A DNA stretch of 64,000 bases, taken from contig CM119264.1 of NCBI GenBank assembly GCA_051294375.1, positions 2,166,481 to 2,230,480 of the forward strand, given 5' to 3'. The translations under genes and the position numbers were made by a program. Origin of the DNA: Paraspadella gotoi (taxonomy: Eukaryota; Animalia; Chaetognatha). Of the stretch, positions 39,528-50,350 are shown piece by piece (the stretch's first letter is position 1; the number at the start of each line of letters is the position of its first letter). A model generated the notes under the pieces. That model saw only the letters and a list, made by a program, of their open reading frames with translations, did not search any database and was not told the origin of the DNA.

Positions 39528-42356
39528 TTAGTAAAGATCTCGGGATCCATCGTCAGTTTCGAGCTCAAGGATAAACATTTCCTCGTCCGTTTCTCTCAAG
39601 GCTTCGGTTTTCATCCCGAGGCTTTGAAGTTCCCCGTCCACCAGGATGTAACTCGCGTCGGTGATGTCGGAGGAATCTTCGAGGCGGATCATTTCGTCGC
39701 CATTAACGGAGGACACGTGTACCTTATAGTTTAATAATTTTGCAATGACTATTTACTTTTTTAAGTAGGGAAATTATCTCGTCACAATTGCGAAGCATTT
39801 GGAGCTAAACAATTAAATGAAGAACATTTTAACAATTTTAACCAATGTAATTTTTTATTAATACACTTAGATAGCAATTAATGGCGTGTCAAACCTGAAG
39901 ATCATCTTGAGCGGCGTTGGACAAGATTCCCTCGTTGCCAGAATCTTCCTTCACGAGTATCCGCTGACCGTCCACGTTCTGCAGTAAGAAGTGAAGCGGT
40001 TGCGGCCGCGTCGGCTGCGGCGACCGCGACTCAGTGAAAGGAATGAGTCTGCCGCCCGGAGCGACGACGAATGTGCGGCGATCGTCGTCGTCGCCGTCGT
40101 CGCGATCGACGATCGGAGATTGAGATGATCGAGCGAAGACGAGATCGCGGGAATCAGTTGATTCTGAGGTGGGTAAACACAGGACTTACCAATTTGTAAA
40201 TTAGCAAGAGAGAGAGAGAGAGAGTGATGTTAATGATCATGATGTCTCACCCATCGATGGCGACAAGGCGTCCTTTCTCGTCCCTAAACTCGTCAGCGAA
40301 TCGGCAGCGGACGTGACGACGCAGCCGAGCTGCATTCCGTCCGCTGCCAACTGAAGCGGCGGGACTTCGACGGCGCCGGAAGAGAGATGGAGGTCGACGG
40401 CGGCCGGCGCCAATTGAAGGGTGGGCGCGTCGACGAGAAGATGAGAGGGGAAGTCGGGGGCGATGGAAAGAGGCGGCAGCTGGAATGAAAAGAGTGAGGA
40501 GTAAGAGTCTGCCGAAGGACGGTCGACAGACACGGCCGACAAAAGAACTAAAAGAACGGTAAGTTGACGGTATTGCCCCCGTAATGACTTCCTAGTATTT
40601 CCCGAGTTATAAGCATTTAAAACCTATGTTGGACAGATTAATTGATAGACAGTCGGACCGACCGACACGTGACTAATAGAATAACTAAAAACCTCGACTC
40701 CGACGTCAGATCCGGCGCCGTTGACGAGAGAGGAAGTGGAGGCGGCGCCGTTGCTGTCTTCGCCCACGCCCCAAAAATCGTTTCCGGCGGCGGAGGATTT
40801 GCGATGGGACGAGTTGGCGGCGCGAGAGTCGGTCTTGTGATCCTCGCGGTCGGAGTGAAGATCGCGGAGGGATTTCAACATCGCCTTAAGGGAGGTGAAG
40901 AGCTGTTGGGGAAGGAAATAATAAAGGTTTATGAAAATAAAAAACAAGATAATTTTTTTTTTTAATTGTATGCATTCATTAATAGCTGAAAAATACAAAC
41001 GTTTCAGCTTAACAAACAAACCCCACCTGCCCATCCCGTAAGCTCTTCTTCAACGTCCACCACTTGGTCCGCAGCCATTGCGGGGACCTCGCCGCCGCCC
41101 ACCCGCTGGCCAACTCCTCCCAATCGACGGCGGACTCTTCCTTCCATCCTCCGCTCGAGATCTTATCCACGAGTTGGATGTCCTCGGCTCGCGTCCACTC
41201 GGCGCCGCCCGCTTGCTTCCAGTTGAGGTAGTTGAGCCACTTGGTGCGGCATTGTTTTTCCGTCCGCGTCTTCACACACGCGGCAATCGAGGGCCACGGT
41301 AAATTGGAGGAAACGCTGGTGCCGCGCGACGTCCCCGCCACCGCGTGCACCGCCTTAGTCAGGCGCTCCTCCTCTTCGTCAGTCCACTTGCCAGAGTTTG
41401 ACGAGTCGTTGAGCAGGCGACACCTGTCCTTGACCGAAGAGGCGCTGCGGCCCATGCGGGCGCCAATAAGAGCCCAGTCTGTGCCGTACTTGGCACGCAA
41501 GAGGCGCAGCCGGGCTACCTCTTCCTCGGTGTACCGGCCGATGTGGTTTTTAACGTCGTAAATGCGGAGCACGCGGCGGTATACGGAAAAGAGCGGGCGA
41601 CGGAGGCCGCGCGAGACGCAGCGATAAAAGTCTTTTCTTTCGTCCTTGGACATGTCGAAGATGATCTCGGCCGGATCATCGATCCCACGGCCTCGACAGT
41701 AGGAGGCGATGTTGTCGTTGAGCAAGGCAGTCTCTTCCGAAGACCAAGCGCCCTGTTTCCATTTGATGCCTTTCGTCGTTAGAGCGCTTTTGTCTTGCTT
41801 GGTCGTAAACCAAGCTTGATTAATTTCCTGTTGGAAGAGATAATTGTATAATAAGTCGACGAAAGAAAAAAAAATCTTACAACGAAAGGATAATATCTAC
41901 CCACCCTCTCGGAATTGATCTCCCTGATAACAACGGAACCGTTTCCAGGTCCCAATGGGTCGCCCACGGGTCCCAAGACCTCCCCCGTCGTTGGGTCGTA
42001 GCCATCAAGGCTCGTATTGGCCGCAGGTTCCGCCTTGGTTATCACTTCAGTCCCGTCATTCGCTTTATCTCCACCCTTGGATTTCTTGTTTCTGATTCCG
42101 AAGACTTTGGCTGAATAGAATGTCCAAATAAATTGTAGAGAAGACAATAATTTGTTAAATAATGATAATGATAATCAATGATGATGAAAATGATAATGAT
42201 GATAATGATAAAAGAAGGATTGAGTCAAAGATGAAAATCATCACCTTTCCGTCCATTTCCGATCTGGAGAAAGTAAACTTTGCCGTTGGAATCTTGGATA
42301 CAGATTTTCGTCCGAGGGAAAACGATACTTCCGCATTCATCCTTCTTAGCCGACAT
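39528..42356 (-). CDS. DMTF1: Cyclin-D-binding Myb-like transcription factor 1
   Basis: INQAWFTTKQDK..KWKQGAWS, IIFDMSKDERKDFYR, RPLFSVYRRVLRIYD, Myb repeats, TRTEKQCRTKWLNYLNWKQ, RSPQWLRTKWW. Start inferred at ATG 42356 from the phase-1 splice into 42110. Confidence 0.9.
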
Positions 42357-43431
42357 TTTTCCTACTTCATGTTATGAACATTCAACATTAAATATTAAAT
42401 TAAAATTAAATAAATGTGACGCTTCAGCCGAAGTCTTTTACGTCCATCGCTTCTACGAGGTGATCATTTCACCCAATTTCTGAAAAAAAAAAATCAAAAA
42501 CTCATAAGCCAGAAACAACAGAGATAGCCGAAACAGCAAAATTGACTTTTAAATAGAATAAGAAAGTAGTAAGGCAGCAGAAGAGAGGAAAATACGAAAA
42601 TTAGCGAAAACTGGTATTTTGGTGAACGACCATGGTGAAGAATATAATGTAAAACCAAGTACAAAGACATCCGACTAAATATATATTATATAGTACGTAG
42701 CAATTGATTTGGAAATACGCGTTTTGAGCAGAGATATAAATCACTTATTGTTATTACTACACAAATAATTTGCATTTAAGCCTCTATATCATTTACACAT
42801 CTATTCTAAGGAAATATATACTAGTTTACTATGAGCTTCAACAAGGACGGAGTGTAAACTGAGCGCTTGCTATGTTAAAAAAATTACTAGTTAAAAAATT
42901 CGTACCTCTTATGAATTAGGAAGAGTAAATTTTAAACGCCTGTAGTTTTAAAAGGTTAATGCAGCATTTCCACTCGCATAAATAATGTTTGGTATGCAAA
43001 TAAAGTTAACTGATTTTGATTTTATCATTGCCATTCTTCAGCCATGAGTTTAATAATAGCATATGAACTGAAGAACCGATTTCCTGTCTACGTTGGTGTA
43101 ATTAAATAAAAACGTGCTCTATTAATAAAACCCTCTAAGATGTATACAATTTTGCGCAATGAGTTTGAATGAAAACGTACCGTATGAAACGATTTATAAA
43201 AAAACATGCTTAACCGAAAAACATGACCCAGCCACATTATGTAGCTGTTACAAGGCACGGTGGAAAAAGGGGAAAAAAAGCAACCAGTTGCTAGATAGAA
43301 GAGAAAATCACGAAAAATTAAAAAAAGTGCCGAAATTATATTGCTTTTTCAAAGCAGTCACAATAGATGAGCAAGACGATTCATGAGAACCCCACTTACA
43401 GGTAGATCAACTTTTAGATATTTTAATTTTT

Positions 43432-46077
43432 TTAGACTCGAGTCACGGTCGTGAGATCGCTCTCCAAGTCTCTGGCCGGAGACGGGGTCGTCGAACCTTT
43501 CCCGCCGCTGGTTCTCCTGGAGGAGGCGCACCTCAGCAGCGCCTCCGCTGCCTTGGCGACCTCCGCAGGCGCCTTGGCTTCGAGGACGAGCATCGGGGCG
43601 GGGAGGTCCTCGCGCGGGAGGCCCAGTTTGCGACATGCCTCCAAAAAGTTCTCCACGTTACGTCGACTCTTCGCGGTTGAAAGTTTGGGAGCAGAGGCGG
43701 AGGGAACATGGATGGTGGGGACTGCGCGAGGCCGGAGATGATTGACCAAGTGGCAGAGGATGACTCCGTCGGCCAAGGCCTTGGCCAAATCGCCCGGAGA
43801 GTCGGGCAACTTGATCTTCAGCCGCGACTCCAGATTGGACCGAAGTCCGCGGATGGCGTGGATCTCATCGCGAAGTCGTTGCTCTTCGCGCCGAATTGTG
43901 AAGTTGGGGTTGGTCGAGTCATCGGCGCCTCCGTTCGAGCTTCGATATGAATTTGCGCGAGACGCCGAAGCCCCGCTACCCTGACGGTTGTTATTGTTCC
44001 TATCATCCCCTGGCGCAGAAACGGAGGCGCGATTGACCACCTTCGTTTTGGAGGATGAAGAGGCGGAAGAGGACCCGGAACTGCTCGACTTTCCGGAGGG
44101 AAATGCGGGGATTCTCGAAGGAGGGATCTTCGATGAGGAATCCGTCCCAGATTTGGCGCCTGCCGCATTTGATGAGGAAGACGCCGTCGCACGCCGCGAA
44201 GTCGATCCTGCGATTTGATTGGCCGTCCGACGATAATTGACGTCGACGGATTTGTTTCCGCGCGTCGATTGGGGATTCCCCGTCGTCTGCATCATCGTCG
44301 GCCTCTCCATCTCCGCGATGGGTATCCTAACCACGGTCTTTTCTCTTTCGGGTCTCTCCGGTTCGGCGGGCGAACCGCGCGAATTCGAAGGAAGCGAAGG
44401 CAACTGTTTCTCCGACTTCCTCGTCGAAGGATTCGAACCGTCGGACCGTGAACTGGCCGGAAGAGGCACGACGACGGGGCTGAAGTGAATTTCGCTTCGC
44501 TGAATGTCCGGTGCGCCGGAAATGGGCGAGGAGATCGCGACGGGGGAAGCGGGAGACGCGGGGGAAGACGTGTGAATGGCGAAGGTGGATTGATGGTGCT
44601 GGGGAACGGCGGGGCTGGAGGTGGCGTTGGGACGAGGAGGCTGCGACGATCCCAACGCCGGCGCTGAGTCGCGCGTCGGCGGCGACGGTTCCGATGAGAG
44701 TCGTTGTCGTTGTCTTTGCTCGGGAAATTGACTTAGGACTTTGAAGACTTCGTCGTGAAGGTTGGGCAACTCCCGAGGTGGAGAGAAGCCTTCGAAGGGG
44801 TTGCCGTTCTTCTGCGAAGGGGCGCCGCCGTCGTCGGGGTTAATAAAATGACGAATCGCCGGCGGCGTGATGGTACTGGGCGAAGCCGGCGTCAGTGTGC
44901 CGCTGCTGTTCATTCCGGCGCCGTCCGAAGAGGACCCGGATCCAACGCCAATGGGAACGTCGGAAGTCGTGGCGGCAACGCTCGTCCAAGATTCCGTGTC
45001 CACGGCGCCGTGGTAACCAGAATCGCGAGTTCCAGCCTTCGCGCCGCCGGTTTGGGTTTCCTGCATCATGAGACGCTGATGTTGCTCGGCGACGTCTCGA
45101 AAGACGTTGCCATTTGCGACGGTGAGACTCCGTTGCTTCGGCTTGTGAGTCTTAGGTGGTGAGTGTCGCTCCGTCGCGGACACCGGCTTCCTTAATCCTC
45201 TCGGTCCGTTGACGCCACTGCCGAAGGAGTTGCTCTTCTTCACCTGCTTGGAGGCGTTGTAGAGGCTGGCGAGCGGCCCGCCCGCCCGCGCCAGTTCCGC
45301 GTCCGCGTTGATGACGTCCCGTTCCAGTTTGAGACGTTGCTGCTCCTTTTCCAGGAACTTGAAGACGTGCATGCGACCGCGACGGCAGACGTGGGCGGGC
45401 GGGAGCTCGAGAGGATTGTGGTCCAGGGCCAAAAATTGGAGAGACGGTTTGAGGAGACGAAGATCAAGAGGCAGACGGTGGATGCGGTTGCTGGAGACGT
45501 CGAGGCTGACTAGACGCAGGCCCCCGAGGCCATCGGGAAGCTCGACGAGGTTGTTTCGGCGGGCGTTGAGGCGCCGAAGGCTAGTAAGGCCCGTGACGCC
45601 CGGAGGAAGACGGTCCAATTCGTTGCAAGAAACGTCCAACTCTTGCAATCCGTCCAGGGACCCGATCTCATCAGGTATAGACACCAGTTTGTTGCTGCAC
45701 ACCGTGAGAATTTGCAATTGCCGCAGTTGGCAGATGTACGAAGGGATGGTGAACAGCAAGTTTCGATTCAGGTTGAGAATCCGCAAAAAAATGAGGTCGA
45801 CGACGTCGTGCGGAATGAGACGGAAGGCGTTATTGGAGAAGTCAGCGATCTCTAACCGTCCGCTGCGACAAAGGTGCGCCGGTAATTCCATGAGGCGATT
45901 GTTGGACAAATCCACGGATTGCAAATCGCTCAGGTCGACCTTCATCATATCCGGGTATTCTTTGAGTTTTCGCCCGGACAAAGTCAAGTGTCCCGTCGCC
46001 CGCGCCTCCTCCAAAACCCGTTCCAGAGTCCGGTTCAATTGGACGGGTGACCCGCCACCCTGTTGTGCGATGGCCAT
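43432..46077 (-). CDS. LRCH: Leucine-rich repeat and calponin homology domain protein (LRCH family), single coding exon
   Basis: LERVLEEARATGHLTLSGRKLKEYP, ~8 LRRs, NPLELPPAHVCRRGRMHVFKFL, C-terminal CH domain LADGVILCHLVNHLRPRAVPTIHVPS..RRNVENFLEACRKLG. First ATG at 46077. Confidence 0.93.
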   Translation of the reverse strand: MAIAQQGGGSPVQLNRTLERVLEEARATGHLTLSGRKLKEYPDMMKVDLSDLQSVDLSNNRLMELPAHLCRSGRLEIADFSNNAFRLIPHDVVDLIFLRILNLNRNLLFTIPSYICQLRQLQILTVCSNKLVSIPDEIGSLDGLQELDVSCNELDRLPPGVTGLTSLRRLNARRNNLVELPDGLGGLRLVSLDVSSNRIHRLPLDLRLLKPSLQFLALDHNPLELPPAHVCRRGRMHVFKFLEKEQQRLKLERDVINADAELARAGGPLASLYNASKQVKKSNSFGSGVNGPRGLRKPVSATERHSPPKTHKPKQRSLTVANGNVFRDVAEQHQRLMMQETQTGGAKAGTRDSGYHGAVDTESWTSVAATTSDVPIGVGSGSSSDGAGMNSSGTLTPASPSTITPPAIRHFINPDDGGAPSQKNGNPFEGFSPPRELPNLHDEVFKVLSQFPEQRQRQRLSSEPSPPTRDSAPALGSSQPPRPNATSSPAVPQHHQSTFAIHTSSPASPASPVAISSPISGAPDIQRSEIHFSPVVVPLPASSRSDGSNPSTRKSEKQLPSLPSNSRGSPAEPERPEREKTVVRIPIAEMERPTMMQTTGNPQSTRGNKSVDVNYRRTANQIAGSTSRRATASSSSNAAGAKSGTDSSSKIPPSRIPAFPSGKSSSSGSSSASSSSKTKVVNRASVSAPGDDRNNNNRQGSGASASRANSYRSSNGGADDSTNPNFTIRREEQRLRDEIHAIRGLRSNLESRLKIKLPDSPGDLAKALADGVILCHLVNHLRPRAVPTIHVPSASAPKLSTAKSRRNVENFLEACRKLGLPREDLPAPMLVLEAKAPAEVAKAAEALLRCASSRRTSGGKGSTTPSPARDLESDLTTVTRV

Positions 46078-47435
46078 TTTTGGAGGAGAGCAACTCAAGT
46101 TTTAAACCTTTAAAAGAAAAGATAATTGGAAAAGTAACGAAAAGTCACACGTTTCTTCAGCTTTGATGTAATTCTTTTTTTTACGTAACAACCCAGAAGA
46201 CGAAAGAGAAAAACCACGTGATTATTGAGAATAATTAATTTAAATTTATTTAATTATAATTATTTAAACGATTATTTTTATGAAAAAAATTATTGGCCAC
46301 CGTTTGAATGCTTTTAACGTTTGAAGTAAATATTAAGGATGAAAAATGATATTTATTGATTTTAACTTCGGCTTTCGATTATCCTTTAACGAAGAATTCG
46401 AATTAAATGTACTCGAAACAAGCTCACAAGTAAAGATTTAAAAGGCATTAAATTGATCAATATCGTATTTTAAATAAGATAATTTAACCCAAAGAAATGA
46501 AATAGAAAAGAAAAATAAAGATGACGTAGAAAGTTTAAACTAATTTGTTTGGTTTGGTGAGGAGAGTCTCGAGTCCGCCTGTTCTTCTGGTCGAGGCCGA
46601 CTCGCCGTCCCCATCGCCGTCCCAGCGACCCCGACATCAAAATTAACATCCATTCTCTAATTAATTCTCTTTGTAGGCCTATTTTTTAAAGTATTTTCTG
46701 CTTAAGATTTTACATCCATAACCCGCCAAAGTTTATTATTTATTTCCCTCTTACTGTACACACTAATGAATATTTGATGTGATACAAACGTGCAGAACAG
46801 GAACAAAAAGCCTGGCGCGTGCTTATACTAGTTTATGGAATTGGTACAACCAATATAAAAAGTATATTATATATATATTATTATAAGTCTATTCAGATAA
46901 TCATAACCTTTATTAAATCGTAAATAGAACGAAAAAGTCACACATAAATTTTAATTATTTAAGAATTTTAGAATACTTTAAAAATAAATTACATATATTT
47001 TGAACTTGTTTACATTGATGATACATAAATAAACAATTATCAAAGCACTTCATATTAACATTAAACTATATTTAAAAGCTCAAATACTTTGGGTTAAAAT
47101 ATTTTTAACTGCAAAGTTCTCCCTTTAATTTTAATTACAGTTCATTAATTATTTAAGGAACGTCACTATCTTTCACTTTGGCTTTGTTCCTCCAAAAAGA
47201 AAACTGACAACCGCGCCGTCTTAGATTAGTGATTTTGTGCCAAGTTTGTCACTCAGAATTTCTTCATCAATACTTTAGTTTCAAGAAAAAAGATTTGGAA
47301 AGAACGCCAAACTTTAAATTCCCACCAGAAGTTGAACAGCATTTAATTTTAATTATAATAGAATTTTCAAACCATTATCTAACTTTCCGTCTATTTTTAT
47401 CTCAATTCTACATTATTGCCTTTGGAATGTATTTA

Positions 47436-47445
47436 TGCACTCGGC
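47436..47445 (+). promoter_or_regulatory. Candidate metal response element (MRE) upstream of ZnT1
   Basis: TGCACTCGGC matches the core TGCRCNC plus GC-rich 3' flank of the MTF-1 consensus. Confidence 0.5.
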
Positions 47446-47828
47446 ACAGAAAATTATAATCTATAATCTTCATGTATCGAGTTGGGAAATACACCAGTGC
47501 TGTGGGAATATAACACTATTATATGAGTATATTCTTCGATATTGCTGCTGAAATTATGACGTTGAAAATAGTAACTTATAAACTGAGAGATATAATCAAA
47601 TACAAAGTGGTCTATATTGATTTACTTAAACTAATAATTATTATAATAGCTAAGCTGACCCATGCATGCAATGAAAACACGTCCCGCGCTCAAATTGACT
47701 TCAAAGAAATACGGGCGCGGAAAAGGCCAAACTAATTATCGGGACAAAGCGGATTTTCATCGCAAAATGTTTTATTTATTTAAATTTGGTAAAAAAAGAT
47801 TGGAGTTTGAGGACGGAATTACGGGGTC

Positions 47829-47835
47829 TGCGCAC
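47829..47835 (+). promoter_or_regulatory. Candidate MRE core next to a (CT)n tract
   Basis: TGCGCAC matches TGCRCNC; followed by (CT)n at 47837-47866. Confidence 0.4.
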
Positions 47836-47871
<36 letters not shown>

Positions 47872-48979
47872 GCGGCGAATTTCGGGGATCTCTGCCATCG
47901 GAATTTTCATTTTCTCTTTTCGATTTCTAGTTATTTTTATCGGCTCTCTCCCAATTTCAAACTTTTTTACCCTTTTTCTTTGGAGTTGAATTCTTTTTTT
48001 TCCCCTCGCGATCCAGATTAAACCAAATGAAAATCAAATTTCTTTTCGGAATTTCTTCCTAAGTTTTAGTTCGCCTAAAAATAAAGTTTGAATGATTGGC
48101 CTGGATTTTTTTTCACTGGAGTGTTTACAAAACAGGCAGTGATTTCTATCGAGGAATTTAGCAAAAAAACCACTTTTTTCAATATTGTTAGAATATTACC
48201 AACAAAATGATTAAATTTTAACTCTAAGACAAAGTTGGCTTTACTACGGATTAATTGAAATCCTCTACTGCATTTTCTAATTAAGAATCAATGACATTTT
48301 TGCTACTTTTAATAAAAAAAATTATGTCCATTTTTGTCCATTTTGAATTTTGTCTTGAGATTTGAATGCCAAGATCATTGAAGAAAAATTTTTTGCTCTG
48401 GCTTTCGGGTCCTTCTTATCTTCTTTACCTTTGAGTTGGTTCATTTGATGTTAATCATCTATTGTTTGCCTATGAATTAATTTTTAAATTGACTAGTCAA
48501 AAACTTACATTTTACATTTTATTACAATTTGTTAAACGAAAATACTTCAAAATGTCCACAATTCTAATCAAATATCCCCATTGTTGGTGCTTCTGGTACC
48601 TAAAAAATTAGGGCAAAATATTTAATACTTTAGCTGGAAAAAAATTTTTAAGCCAACATTTAATTTGTGAGGATTTGTGAGGTGCGTTTTATTTGAACTA
48701 AAACTCGGTTTTTGACTTATTTATAGTTTTAATAGCTGAGAAACATACTAAAGTTGACGAATTAAAAAAACCGCCTTCTTTTTATTGAAAGGGGAAGCGT
48801 CAAGCGATTAATTTCTCTCAATCGACAGGTTTTTGCGGAAAAAATTTCCGCAAAAATCTGTCGATTTTTTAAATCTGCTTGGCAACCAAACTTCCGCTAA
48901 AATCATACACTACCCTAGATTTTTTTCTTACATTACATTTTAAAGATTTTTATACATCCAGTATGATATGAATGCAAAA

Positions 48980-49310
48980 AATGAGTGAGAATGAGAAAAA
49001 TGAGAGAGAGAAGAAAGATGGGTGAAAAAAATTGAAAGGAGAGGGAGAAAGAGTAGAAAGAAATTAATATATGGGGAGAGGGGGGAAACGAGAACAATTG
49101 AGAGAAAAGAAAAGATAAGAAACAGGGAGGAAAGAGAATCAGAGAGGGAGAGAAAAACAGAGATTGAGAGGAAGGGAAATAAAGGTTAAGGAAGAAAAGA
49201 AGGGATGACACAGAGAAATATAGGACAGAAAAGTATGAGAAAGGGAGAGAAAGACAGAGAGAAAGAGAGAAAAAGAAAGAGACAGAGAGAAGATTCAAGA
49301 GAAAAAAAAT
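48980..49310. repeat. Purine-rich (GA) low-complexity tract
   Basis: ~330 bp dominated by A/G on the + strand. Confidence 0.8.
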
Positions 49311-50350
49311 ATGGATAAAAAAAGGAAAACAGTTTTAAAATATACCGTGCTATTGTTTTGCCTAAGCAGTAGTATATCTAAAAAACGCGATAGATCTGAC
49401 GAGCAATTTAATCTTTAAAAGTTCCCCTTACCATGAAAAATCGTTTTAGTTTCATCTTAGTTATGTCAGATACCGTAATTAGAATGATGGTCGTAAAAGA
49501 AATCATGTCTTACCGTATTTTGAAAGCATAGAAATTCACCCAGTGAGTTCTATGTTATAAGGAGAAGATAACTATAGCCAACCGTTTTTTTTAAAGAAAG
49601 AGTGTTTCATATTTATCAGTGGGAAAAAAAGAAATAATAGTTATTTAAGTTTCAATTTCATTGTTGAAAATACCCAAATCAAAATCACTGCCCAACAACA
49701 TTGATTAATTTGAGAATAACTGTATTTCGAAAATCTTTAGAAGCGTAAACAAAGTCTTAACATTGACTAAGTCTAATAGCACATCCCCTCCTAAATCCAC
49801 ATCTCTCTCTTGTTCACGCTTAGTTTTTCCCTCAACTCATGCTGAGTTCACCTGGACGAGGAAATTATTCATCTCTCTCTCTCTCTCTCGTCGACGAAGA
49901 CGTCGAATGCGATCTCGCTCGACGCGCTCGTCTTTGATCTCTGTGTTCGCCAATCCTGGTGAAACCTACAGAACAGAAGAGAACAGAAAGATCGAGTCGG
50001 ACACGTTATTCAAACCTCAAAACAACAACAACAACTTAATCATTCGCAACTACAAAAATAAACTGGACTTTTTCACAAAACAGTTTTCCTCCTTTCGATC
50101 TTTTGAATTAAAGAATCTTCGTTATCGTCAGCCAAACCGCGAAGTGAACAATCTTTTTCCCCCTCGCCAGCTCAGGTTAATCGACGATCATAATTGAATC
50201 TCGATCAATATAAACTTGTAACGTCCGCGATGAAACGGAGACATGGGAACGAACTTGTGACGCTTCTTCGCCAGTCGGGTCCCCCGCTAACCTGATTTAA
50301 GGACCCGAAAGATAAAGAATTGACTTTAGCGTCTAGACCGATCAGAAACA

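Noticed and set aside
45308-46105. 265-aa antisense ORF (and similar shadow ORFs over brat, PRKCSH, TTLL)
   Set aside because: By-product of GC-rich codon usage on the coding strand.
48933-49298. Hydrophobic Phe/Leu/Ser ORF resembling a membrane protein
   Set aside because: Translation of a low-complexity CT-rich strand.
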